DNA of 64,000 nucleotides from Hydrolagus colliei (Eukaryota): the NCBI GenBank assembly GCA_035084275.1, contig CM068757.1:5952001-6016000 (forward strand). Direction: 5' to 3'. The notes below the pieces were generated by a model, which had not been told where the DNA came from, searched no databases, and worked only from the letters and a program-made list of their open reading frames with translations. This document shows, piece after piece, positions 1 to 10,680 of the stretch. The position numbers and the translations under genes were made by a program. The first letter of the stretch is position 1. Each line of letters opens with the position of its first letter.

Positions 1-1008
1 GATTTGAGCACCAGCCACTGCACCTCCCACGTGCTTCCAGAGATCAATGAAGGGTTTTCATTCCACGTGTCGGTAGCCAAAAATGATACTATCTACATAT
101 TGGGTGGTCATTCCATAGGAATGAATCACCGTCCTCCACGACTGCTTAGCCTACAGGTCGATCTGTCAGACCCACATCCGATTATCAGCTGCACAGTCCT
201 CAACAACGGCATCTCAGTATCAAGTGCCATCGTGACCCAGGCTGGCAGCAATGAGTTTATAATTCTGGGGGGCTATGAATCGGAGACTCAGAAGCGAATG
301 GCTTGTAACACCATCCGGCTTGAAAACGACAATATTCAGATCTTGGACAAGGAACCCCCAGCGTGGACCAGTGACCTCAGAGCCAGCAAAAGTTGGTTTG
401 GCAGTGACATGGGAAACCGAGCGGTATTAATAGGCATTCCAGGGGAGAACAAGCCGGATATGGGTGAAGCAAATTACTTCTACATTGCAACTTTCGGACA
501 GCCAGAGGGGAGAAGACGCATCCTTTCCAGCCAGGAATCCTTCACTGATCCAGAGGAGTCTAGCGCATTCGAGGATTCCGAAGAATTTCGCTTTGTCGTT
601 GAAACCCATGATTATAGCGACGACGAAGTTTACTTGGATAACGGTGATGAGGAAGGTTACTGGATTAAATGCATTGTAACCTGTAGCATAAACGTCAACA
701 CTTGGGTCCCTTACTACTCCACAGAACTCAATAAACCGGCTATGATCTTCTGCTCCAGTGGAGGAGGCGGTGGGCACTGGGTACACGCCCAGTGTATGGG
801 TCTCTCAGAGTTAGAGCTGATACAGCTTTCTCAGGAGAAGACCAAGTACTTTTGCAATGTTCATTGTATTGAGAAAGGACTTGAAACCCCGCAGAGGAAG
901 ATAAAGATAATGAAACGGACGCCAATGAAATCCCCGCGTAAAAAGTCGCCGGCCAGTCTGAAGAAGACGCCGATGAAGAAGAGCTTTCTGAAGAGACTAT
1001 TTGAATGA
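1..1008 (+). CDS. RAG2: V(D)J recombination-activating protein 2, 5'-truncated by window edge (C-terminal kelch blades, acidic hinge, PHD finger)
   Basis: Frame open from base 1 to TGA 1006-1008. Motifs SFHVSVAKNDTIYILGGHS, FEDSEEF, GYWIKC-x3-C, YSTELNKPAMIFC, GHWVHAQC, YFCNVH, the CDK site TPQR and C-terminal KKSFLKRLFE are all typical of RAG2. Confidence 0.99.
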   Translation, partial: DLSTSHCTSHVLPEINEGFSFHVSVAKNDTIYILGGHSIGMNHRPPRLLSLQVDLSDPHPIISCTVLNNGISVSSAIVTQAGSNEFIILGGYESETQKRMACNTIRLENDNIQILDKEPPAWTSDLRASKSWFGSDMGNRAVLIGIPGENKPDMGEANYFYIATFGQPEGRRRILSSQESFTDPEESSAFEDSEEFRFVVETHDYSDDEVYLDNGDEEGYWIKCIVTCSINVNTWVPYYSTELNKPAMIFCSSGGGGGHWVHAQCMGLSELELIQLSQEKTKYFCNVHCIEKGLETPQRKIKIMKRTPMKSPRKKSPASLKKTPMKKSFLKRLFE

Positions 1009-1715
1009 AATTGAGAACTCGTTCAGTGGGATGGCTTCACTTAAAAAATAAATCAACAGCAGAGCAAGTTTGAAAGTGATGTTTAGAATTATTTGTCGGT
1101 TTCCTGAACCCTACTTCAGCACTTAACCTGCACTCGAAATTAAACATAAGTCTATGCATTGTACATGTAGTAGGTTGTAGACAAATGGCCTGTGGATTAC
1201 TGTAAATTGGGTAATTTGCATATGACATCCCACATGTTAATGTAAACGAGAACCTTTAAATATGTGTTGTTTCATTATTTACTAAAGCAAACTGAGCATA
1301 ATTTCTAGTAAAGTCGCTGTTTAGCATAAGGAATTGGATAAGATTCTCAGGATCCAAAGAGCAATGGGATCTATTTCAATGCAATAAATCTGAAATGTTC
1401 TCTCAGTGGGAAAACAATGAAAATCATCTAACTGTAAGGTTTAATTGTTTGGGGTTTGGGCCAAATTTAGTCAGGATTATGTTGGTGCTATTGCCTTGAA
1501 TTTAGTATTGGTGCAAAATATCCAATCATTCAGTGCTAACTTTTTGAAAGAAAGTTTTTACTTTTGGTGCTGTGTGTGTTAAGATGTTGCTATTGTACTC
1601 ATGTTGTGCAAGTACTGTATTTTAAAAGAAATAAAAGTGGCATTTCTGATCGTAAAGGTTCTCCTTTGCCTCCAGTATTTTAAACATTGAAGTGCATTTT
1701 ACAATATAGCAAACA

Positions 1716-1801
1716 AGGAAACAATGGTTTGCAGAAACTGGGATCTAGCTTCTAAAATGTTTTAGACATTAGATCCCAGTTTCTGCAAACCATTGTTTCC
1801 T
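1716..1801. repeat. Perfect 32-bp inverted repeat with 22-nt spacer containing a further 7-bp stem
   Basis: AGGAAACAATGGTTTGCAGAAACTGGGATCTA (1716-1747) is the exact reverse complement of 1770-1801; inner TCTAAAA (1751-1757) pairs with TTTTAGA (1760-1766). Confidence 0.97.
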
Positions 1802-4800
1802 ATGTTGTAAGATGTACCACCTTGCAAGGATGAATTCTTTTAAACTGGTTTCTATTTACAAATGTTAGTTTAAGCATTGTTTTTACAACCCTCTGACTCT
1901 TTATTAGCCGAGTGAAAGAATAATTCGATTGTTTGTTTGGAATGCTAGAATAAAAACAAGAAAATTACATTTGCATAGCACCTTTCACATCAGGAGGACG
2001 TCCCAAAGCGCTGAAATAAAGATTACAGATCAAGTGTAGAGATCACTATTCAAAGTGAGCTCGATGCTTCCTCTTCTTCATTGTTTTCCTGTGTTGTAAT
2101 GTCATGGGAGAAAATCCATAAATTATGAACTTCTTTAAAGTTTTGGAGACTCGTAATGACTGTTTCAGTTGTGAAAAATGGATGCCATCACATTTCTGGC
2201 AGTTAATGGGAAAGCCGGTTTAGGGACTGATCAATTCATAGCTTGCACTGTGAAAGGGGAATGCCTTTTAGCAATCCCATTGCAATGCTCAAACTGAGAT
2301 TGTTATGAGCTCCGAACATCTGTGCACTGAAGCTGCAATGCATTTCGGGTGTCTTAAAGTGAAGGAATCATTCCTGCTGTGAGATAAAACAAGGGATTGA
2401 CAGAAACTCATTTCACTTGTGGATGCTTCTGCTCGGCAACCAAGGTAATCCTCCTCCACACAGCCCTGAAACAGACTTTAGCCTAATATTATGGATATTA
2501 AATTGCAGAGATTTGGGTTGGACACAATCCCCTAGATAAGCTATTTCCAAATTCATTTCACTTGTGGTCCTAACAGCATGCAGCAATTGCTTACCCACAA
2601 AGATACATCACAATAATGACAAGCTGCCAACCATGCCTCAGGTTATGCATCTAATGGAGATGTATCAGGCAAATGTCGTCAGTACTGCAGATGAACCAAA
2701 CTTATTTCAGTCGTGTCTTTAAGGAGAAGCCTTTCATACTGTTTTTGACCAATGGTAAAAACAAATGATACCTCCTCATATTTATAATTCACTTATAACT
2801 AAGGGACCCAGGTTGCTAGCAATCTCATTTCATTTTCATATATGTTTTCCGCTCTGTTTTAAGGATATTTTCTCCCCTCCTTTAAATTCCACCCACATTA
2901 TTCCCAGGTGGATGGTCCCAGAGTATACCACTGCCAATCCCACTTCAAACAAATTGTTAGGAAAGTAAAAGTGATTTATCTTCTCTCTCTGTGGAAAGAT
3001 ACCCAGCTGCAACTTGGTGCTTCTCTCACTAAAGGGCCCAGTTGAGTATGAAATCATAGGGTTTTGTGTGTGAGGGGGCACATTACATGTGCAAATTGTT
3101 GTTGTTGCTCCCTGAATTCTGAATTAGAAACAGAAAACCTATGTAATTGAAACAATACGTTCAAAGATTCAAAGATTCACAGATTGCACAACATCAAATG
3201 TTTAGAAGTCTCAAATGTTTATTTTTGAAAACAAAAATACTGTACATCAAGAGTTGACTAAATTCATAAGCAATAAACAGAATTACCAAAAATGCAGACC
3301 AATTAACATCTTGAATCAAGTAGGATACTTTCCAACTGAAATTCATTTTTATGCCTAAACACAAAGAATTGTTACAACCCAACCTGCTTTGCAGTCAATC
3401 AACTTTACATTACATTGTGTGAAGCGCTTTGAAACGTCTCAATGACGTGATAAAGCACTATATCAAATGAAAGCACTATTGTAAGAGTTAATTTGCAGTT
3501 TTTTTGTACATATACATGGCAGGCAAACCTTTATAAAAGTAGGCATTGGAAACATAATATAAAAATTGCAACTACAGTGAATGCAAGTACCACCATCTTC
3601 TAATGTAATAGCCAATAGAATATTGCAAATAACGTATACAGTATTGCAAATAACTGATTCAATTCAATTTTTAAGCCCTCACAAAATTAATAAAAATTCA
3701 GAATGAATTCACAATATCAGAATGATTGTTGTTTGTGAATACAAATGAATGCTTTCAAGTTGATTATGTCTCAATATACAGCAAAAAATGTCACTGTGAT
3801 CTCAAAGTTTAGAAGCTATGTACAATGGTTTTGCAGGAAAAAACAAAAGATGCGTAAACAAAGCCAGTATAGATATCGATGCACAATCTTTCGCACAATA
3901 AAATAGCTTTAGTGAATCTAGAAAATGGTTACAATTTCCTGTTATAATCACTCCTAACTACATTTCCATGCATCACTTAGAAAGGTGAAACAATCCATTC
4001 TTTGCCTGGTTAAACTCGGTATATTGTGTTAAAATAGTCTGTGCTACACTTTGGGATTACCTTTATTCAAAACCTAAAAAGTTAAAAAGCACTTCAAAAC
4101 TTTTTTGTTTTCATGACAAGTTTCAATTTGTCTGTTACTTTGCACAAATATTGCTTGAATGCACAAAGTTTTGCAAAAATTCCTTTATCTTTGTACTAAC
4201 TGTATCATGAGGACTGAGATGCATTGCAGCAGATTGTGAAATTGGCCACTTGGCACTATAAGGTTAATAAACAAACCAATAATAAATGAGGCGATGTACA
4301 TTCATCGTGGAATTTAGTATATCAATACTTACTTTCATACAAAACAAAGTCAAGTCAAATTAGACACTGCATGAAAAAAAAATCCATGTTACCACTAAAT
4401 TGTGATTTATGTTTTACAGGTATCCGGTTTGACAATGAATAGGTAGGTATAGGTAGTGGTGACTACAGTAAAATATCAATTCACTGTACGCTGAGCCAGG
4501 GTTCTCGATGACAATCAGATATTGAAACACCCAGCACAAAATCATGCAAGGCATCTCATCATTGCCTTTTGATTATTTTATTCTTTGAACCTCAACGTAA
4601 GTCAAAGCCTTGAAATCTTTTCATCACTTTGTTGCCTCTCCATTCAAAATATGATGTTATATTATGCTTTACAGCAGATAGCACACATTAATCATTATAA
4701 AAGTGCATTGCTATTACTTATAAAGTTACAAAATAGACAGCTGTAAGTGGTGTAACACAAACACAAAGTTATCATTATTGATATATTAAAAAAAAGAAAC

Positions 4801-5761
4801 ACTGCAACTCATATTTGAATGCAACAGCCACCAACCTATAACACAGAGATGCTGACAAAATAAAATATGCTGATGAGCCATTTTGCTGGTATGCAGCTCT
4901 GAAACAATTCAACATTGAAGCTCAGGGACACTACCCAGTGTGACGGGCAAAATATAAATGCGAGTTGTTGTTGTTGTCTCCAACGAATGCTATGCGATCG
5001 TGACTCGAAGACCTCGTTGATAAATTGGCAAAACCTTCTGACAAATCGTCCAAATCATTTTCAAACTCACTGCAGTTTTTTTCCTTTAAAATAGTGCAGT
5101 AAGCATTCACTCCTACTCTGCTTTGCACATCACAAAATACCAAAGGGCTAAACAGTTAAAGGATTCTCCCACTCACCACTGAAGCTAAATTTTGGGGTAA
5201 GCCCACAGAGCAAGCATTAATACATCAAAATAACAGTGTGAGTCAACTGATATTGAAAATCCCAATAAACAAAGTCCCATTGTTCATTTTGATCCTTTCA
5301 TATTATGCATTCAATACAATGCACCTGTTGATATACAGTCACCACACTTTACAACAAATCCTGCGCAGCACTTTGAAACGTCCTTCTGACGTGAAAGGGG
5401 CTATGTCAAATGTGAGGATTATTATAAGTATTCCTGCCGTTTAACTCAACTGTTACAGAAATCACTTGTTCCTCAAACTGTTGCCTTGCCATTTTTTCTC
5501 TTCTTCTAAAAGTAATATGTCTAAATTACACCTAACATTCTCACCATCTCTGAACGTAGCTACAAACAATCTTGGAAGGCTAGATCACCTCAAACATCTT
5601 TCTACACTGAGCCAATCCAACATAGACCACAATTTCGCTATTGGGGCCTTTTCACCAACGCCAACTCCACCCAAAAAGTTTGGCCATGATAAGCCCAACA
5701 TTCACAGTCAACTGTGGTTAAAGAAAGATATGTAGAACCAATTTCAGCACAACGACCAAAC

Positions 5762-8700
5762 TTAAAAATCAATGGAGTCTTCTGGCTCTGGTGGTGAATC
5801 ATTTTGGGAGCTGCTGACAAATGGTGTTGAAGCAGACTCTGGTTGTTTCAGTGTGTTGTGTTGATTCATGAACCTTTGCAAGTACTTGGAAGTGTACAGC
5901 CAGTGGTGCTTCAGGATATCTTCCAGCTCATAGCTTTTAGACTGCCTTGCATTCATTTTCCTAAAACGTCGGAATAGCTTGTTGCCTGATTCGTTCCCTT
6001 CGCTCGCCCAAGCGCCTATGGAGCCATCTCGTTCGATGATCTCAGGAACATGGGCCAAGGTCTTGTGCAGGTAGTTTGTGATCTTCCCGTCATATCTGTG
6101 CTTGAACTTTGTAGAGAGCAATTCTGCAAACCTTTGGGAATGAAAGCTGTATTGGCACACAAGGTCCGGGCACTCCTTGATAGGAAAAGTGGAGCGCCAC
6201 ACAGGTTTCATCAGGATGTAAAGGGAAATGAGCTCTCTGAGAATTTCTCGCCTCTCCTCAGATGGAATTAATTCACACACCGCTTCGACGGTTTCTTTGG
6301 TCATCAGTTTTCTAGCAAAGTTTCCATTCATCTTCATGATAGGCTTCAGATTTATCCTCTTTCTCAGGTGCTGATCGAGCAGTACTTGCCACCTTTTCCT
6401 ATCCTCTTTGGACGGATTAGGGTTTATGTGGAGCTCCCCAATCTCATCTTGGAAGAGCTTGAAGAATTCTGTTGCGTTTCCAATATCGCAATGCAAGGCA
6501 TCAATGGAGGGCTGAGTTTCAATAAAAGGCTTGGCTGAGATGCCCTTCACTCTATCGCGGAGTAATTCAGGGGCCTCGTGATACGGGTTTGAGCGCCAAA
6601 TTTCATAGCGCTCACAGTTTTCTGTGTGGCTCCTGGTTATGGAATGGAGGGTCAAATTCTCTGAGGCCTCGCTGCGAGTGGAGTCACATAAAGTGCAAAC
6701 GTAGATCGAACCCGAGGCCTCGAGTCCTTCCACTTCACGCACAAACTTCTCATCATACCCTGTGCCTCGGAAGATGAATCGAAAGGACCTGAGCAAGTCG
6801 CCAATTTCAAGGATTAAATGACTTGCCTTTATGGCTTTCCTTTCGGTGATGACTGGCCCGAGCACTGCTGTCAGGATTTCATGATCAGATTCATCTGCCA
6901 GCATGAGGCAAAGAGGTTTGCAGCACAATTCAGAGTTTGGCTTCAATTCTTCAAATACCTTGACGCTCTCATTGTTTTGGTCCATGACGCTCACACTCAT
7001 GATTGTGAAGGAGTACCTCACTGCCTTTTCCGGGACAAGTGGACCGCAACCTTGCTTCTCGCTGACGTCTCCCATTCCATCGCAGGCCTCCTTGATCACA
7101 ACGGTGAATGGCCCACTCTCATACTCGTCCAAACCATGAGATTTCAGACCTTCTAAGATGTCTTCTTCGAGATCTTTTATGGTTGCGGCGAGTGCCACAT
7201 CATACCTAAACCGTCGGGAAATTGTGTTCATCGGATAATCGTCAATACACTGCGGCCAACAACTCAGACCATCTATTATTCCTACTTCAGTGTTAGTGGA
7301 GATATGTTCCAGTGGAGGCTGCCATTCGAATGGAAAATAACCAGGCAACAGAGTTTTCTCTGTAGTTCGGAGCGAATGTAATGGCTGGAAGATCTGCTTC
7401 CCAGTTGTTGCTTTGACCGTCCTGTACATTTTATGGTATTGACTGCAACTCAAGAACGTGTTGACTCTAATGGCAAGGCAGACTGCAGGTAGCAACCCTG
7501 ATCCTCTTCCCTGCATTACAGCCTCTAGCTCGTCTGCCTGTCTGTGTTCGTTTGCAGCTCTCAGAGCAAGTAGAAACAGAGTGAGACAAACCGACTTCAC
7601 GTCGCCCCCCTCTTCTTTCTCGGCAAAGGTTTTGACGTGAAGCTTGAGATCTCGCAGCCGATGCTTTTGAGCTCTTCGAGTTAAAGACAACAAGTGTAGC
7701 CTTGGCCGACCGCCCTTGTTTGTTGGCGAGTAAGCGTACTTTCCCGTGGTCTCTTTGTGGGTTTGGGCATGGATGGAATATTCGTCTAATCGCATCTCCT
7801 CTTTGCAGTCTGCCATTGGGCACTTTACCACAAGGGAGTTCAGAACGTGAGAGAAAGATTTGACGGGGTTTGTGAGCTCTGCCGAACAACAGGGAAACCT
7901 GCAAACTGGGCAATGCTTTCCGAGAACCGCAAGACATTTGAGAATGCACGTTCTGCAGGACAGGTGCATGCACGGTGATTGCACAGGGTCAGCAAGCAAA
8001 TGGTCACAAAGCTGACACGAGACCGACTGGAGAAAGTGGCGGGGATAGACATCCACAAGGAGGTTTGGACTCAGATGGAGCTTCTTGCAGTTGACCACTT
8101 TCTTAGCCAACAGAATGCTTGTGTTGTTCTTCTGATCTCTTCTTTTGACGACTTTCGGTCTGATCGGGAGGTCGACGGCAACCTTTGTCTTTTTGGGGAC
8201 CGGCGGACTTCTTCCCAGGCCCTTTCTCTTGTGAGTTCCTTTCGAAGAGTTGCAAACTCCGCAGTGGTTGGAATGAGGCTTCCAGCGCACAAATTTATTG
8301 ATGGGAAAAAACGCGTCTTCATTGGTTGTATTACTGATCGTCTGAATGGCAATGCGCCAGCAGCTGTGGCAGAAGTGGGTGGGGTGGACGGTCTCTATGT
8401 CTCTCTTGACGTCTACTTTGAATGTGTTATGGATGAGCTCCGGCCAAAAGTAATCCCCGTGTCCCATTTTCCGAAGAACCTCTTGGGTGACTTCATCCAC
8501 TGGGCCACTGACTGCATACTTCATGTCATAGTGGCTGGTGTTAAAGGAAGCTCCGCAAATGCGACAGAGGTTCTGCAAATGCAATCTGTGGTCTTCCAAA
8601 GATTTGGATTCCACTTGGTTGGATTCGGGGAGCTGAGTATTCATTGGGGTGTACTCCAAAGGTTTGCCTATCTGAACAAACTTGTTGTATTGCAGCTTAT

Positions 8701-8929
8701 CTTCCAAAGTCTTCTTGTCCAGAGGCAAGGTCTCCAAAGGGATGGTTCCCATTGTCTGGGTTTGAGATAGACCAGGTTTAAACTGCATGCTATGGGCAGC
8801 CATGGTAACCAAGGGCTCCATCGGGTAACATTTTGCCTTTGACATCTTGTCTTCCCATTCGATTTTTCTGAAAGGCACGGTTTCCGCGCACCTCGCCTTT
8901 TCAGGCATACTGCACGATGGCACCTCCAT
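5762..8929 (-). CDS. RAG1: V(D)J recombination-activating protein 1, single coding exon, 1055 aa
   Basis: ATG at 8929 (the ORF-track start at 8938 is TTG). C3HC4 RING (CQLC..CMH..CRTC..CPVC), nonamer-binding GGRPR, catalytic DDE in [16 protein letters not shown] and GNESGNK, Zn ligands CTLC and LHKTLAH, C-terminal EDSIDF. Confidence 0.99.
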   Translation of the reverse strand: MEVPSCSMPEKARCAETVPFRKIEWEDKMSKAKCYPMEPLVTMAAHSMQFKPGLSQTQTMGTIPLETLPLDKKTLEDKLQYNKFVQIGKPLEYTPMNTQLPESNQVESKSLEDHRLHLQNLCRICGASFNTSHYDMKYAVSGPVDEVTQEVLRKMGHGDYFWPELIHNTFKVDVKRDIETVHPTHFCHSCWRIAIQTISNTTNEDAFFPINKFVRWKPHSNHCGVCNSSKGTHKRKGLGRSPPVPKKTKVAVDLPIRPKVVKRRDQKNNTSILLAKKVVNCKKLHLSPNLLVDVYPRHFLQSVSCQLCDHLLADPVQSPCMHLSCRTCILKCLAVLGKHCPVCRFPCCSAELTNPVKSFSHVLNSLVVKCPMADCKEEMRLDEYSIHAQTHKETTGKYAYSPTNKGGRPRLHLLSLTRRAQKHRLRDLKLHVKTFAEKEEGGDVKSVCLTLFLLALRAANEHRQADELEAVMQGRGSGLLPAVCLAIRVNTFLSCSQYHKMYRTVKATTGKQIFQPLHSLRTTEKTLLPGYFPFEWQPPLEHISTNTEVGIIDGLSCWPQCIDDYPMNTISRRFRYDVALAATIKDLEEDILEGLKSHGLDEYESGPFTVVIKEACDGMGDVSEKQGCGPLVPEKAVRYSFTIMSVSVMDQNNESVKVFEELKPNSELCCKPLCLMLADESDHEILTAVLGPVITERKAIKASHLILEIGDLLRSFRFIFRGTGYDEKFVREVEGLEASGSIYVCTLCDSTRSEASENLTLHSITRSHTENCERYEIWRSNPYHEAPELLRDRVKGISAKPFIETQPSIDALHCDIGNATEFFKLFQDEIGELHINPNPSKEDRKRWQVLLDQHLRKRINLKPIMKMNGNFARKLMTKETVEAVCELIPSEERREILRELISLYILMKPVWRSTFPIKECPDLVCQYSFHSQRFAELLSTKFKHRYDGKITNYLHKTLAHVPEIIERDGSIGAWASEGNESGNKLFRRFRKMNARQSKSYELEDILKHHWLYTSKYLQRFMNQHNTLKQPESASTPFVSSSQNDSPPEPEDSIDF

Positions 8930-9820
8930 TTGTTTCAAATGTTGACACCTACCAAAGGCATAAAAAGACGCTCTATTTAAAACCGAGTGCGTAACAATGC
9001 TCCAAGACTTAAGCTTTACCCATTATAACACACTCTCGTTCATTCCTGAAATCCTCGGGGAATTCTATTCTGCAAACCTCCATTGCAGCAAATTTTATGA
9101 TTCACTCTGCAATGCACCAAAACAGGGTGTTTCCTCCCCACCTGCCCCTGAATATATTGCTGTTGAATATAGATATAGATAACTATCTGAAGACAATTTT
9201 GCCTGTGACTCATTGTGGTATTTAGCAGCCTGTCATGTTCCATACTAATGCTGACCAGGATTTCAACGAGTTTCTTGGAAGAAAAAAGCATTAGCTGATG
9301 CAGCTGCACCATCTAGCTCCTGAACCAGTAACAACACATCTTATGTCTCATATACCGAGGGCTTATCTAGCACACACCGGAGCGTAGGAGGAGTACTGTG
9401 ATTGGAATTACCCAGTTACCACTTTTGAACTTGGCACAGCACAACATGTTTGATGTGAAGTAATCTCTGTCATTTACAAACCGCTTCAGTGAGATATAAA
9501 GGATAGCCAGCAATAGATAGCGACAAAAGGCAAAGATTTAATCAAATCTACTTTCCTTGAGTTTTCAGATGGGGGAATTTGATTTTATCCCCCCATGGCA
9601 TATTCTTCCGAAAGCATGCATTAAAAACCACATCAGTTTTGTTTATATTATTTATAATTATTCTAATATATGTAAAAAGGATGAAATGATATCTATGCAG
9701 TCAACATTGTGTGGATTACAATCTTATATATCTGCTTCCAGCTTACAATCATCCACGTTCTATTAAAAGCAAGCAACAGGAATTAAACTCTTCCAAAAAT
9801 TATCTGTAACTGTAAACAAT

Positions 9821-9998
9821 AATAAATTGGTCATTTCAATCCACGACTGTTTGTGGGACACTGCTGTGTGCAATTGGCTGCCACGTTTCACCCACAAATA
9901 TACAGTCAGTTCATTTTACAATACATTCTGTGATGTGCTTTGAGATGTCTAGAAGATGTGAAAAGCGTTATATCAAATGCAAGGATTATTATGATTAT
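9821..9998 (+). mobile_element. 5'-truncated Deu-domain SINE in the RAG1 5'-UTR intron
   Basis: Core CCACGACTGTTTGTGGGACACTGCTGTGTGCAATTGGCTGCCACGTTTC and tail GATGTGAAAAGCG-TATATCAAATGCAAGG(ATT)n shared with many copies in the window. Confidence 0.9.
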
Positions 9999-10459
9999 AT
10001 CTGCACATGTACATGTCACATGTCCATGTCCCTTCCATCTCTAAAAATCATGCATCACAAGAAACTATTGCTGGCTTTGGTGTTTACAACAACAATATAG
10101 CATTCCTGACAGAAGATCACATCCTAGTGTTTTACAATGGAACCGCAAACTCTTGGAAATAAGTCTAAGATTGTTAAAAAATTATTCTAACCCAGTTTAA
10201 ACATTCTTGTCACTGAGTGCTCTAGTCGATTGTGTTCATTTAAACCACATAATTTTCATACAAAATGAAAGAGATATAGAAGAAAAAATCTAATCGCTTC
10301 ATTTTGCGCAGTATTCTATTGGCACACATCATTTATTGATGTGTGGCTAATAAGATATACGAATATTGATTGGAATTTTTCTACTGTACGCGCTGCGCTG
10401 CATAACATTTAATTCAGGAGTTGAAGAAAGATTAATAAAATTGCCTTTGTGTCTGTTAC

Positions 10460-10680
10460 CTTGCTCTTGCAGTGTGTTTTTCAGAATAGTCGCTCATCTG
10501 CTCGGCTTCAGGTCATGAAGCAAAGTCTGAAATAACAGGAACTGCGTCTGGTTCTTCTAGTCTCTGTCGTGACAGCTGATGTGGTGACCTGCCTCTTTAA
10601 CATGAAAAAGCTAACAGCCACACATATACTTAACCACAGAACAAACTGTGAGTGACACTCGCTTAGCCTGGCCAGGTGGA
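10460..10680 (-). promoter_or_regulatory. RAG1: Predicted RAG1 non-coding exon 1 and proximal promoter
   Basis: Donor GAGCAAG|GTAACA (exon ends 10460) pairs with acceptor TTTGGTAG|G at 8950-8949, 19 nt before the ATG. E-boxes CAGCTG 10573-10578 and CAGGTG 10673-10678; RUNX sites TGTGGT 10580-10585 and ACCACA 10633-10638. TSS not determinable. Confidence 0.6.

Noticed and set aside
7979-8770. 263-aa plus-strand ORF inside RAG1 (and similar shadows in RAG2, KBTBD4 and SLC26)
   Set aside because: Starts at TTG, lies in exact codon-antisense register to RAG1, no recognisable protein; a typical shadow ORF.
8930-8938. ORF-track starts for RAG1 (8938) and the SLC26 gene (57837)
   Set aside because: Both are TTG codons under a bacterial start rule; eukaryotic ATGs are at 8929 and 57726, each preceded by a splice acceptor.
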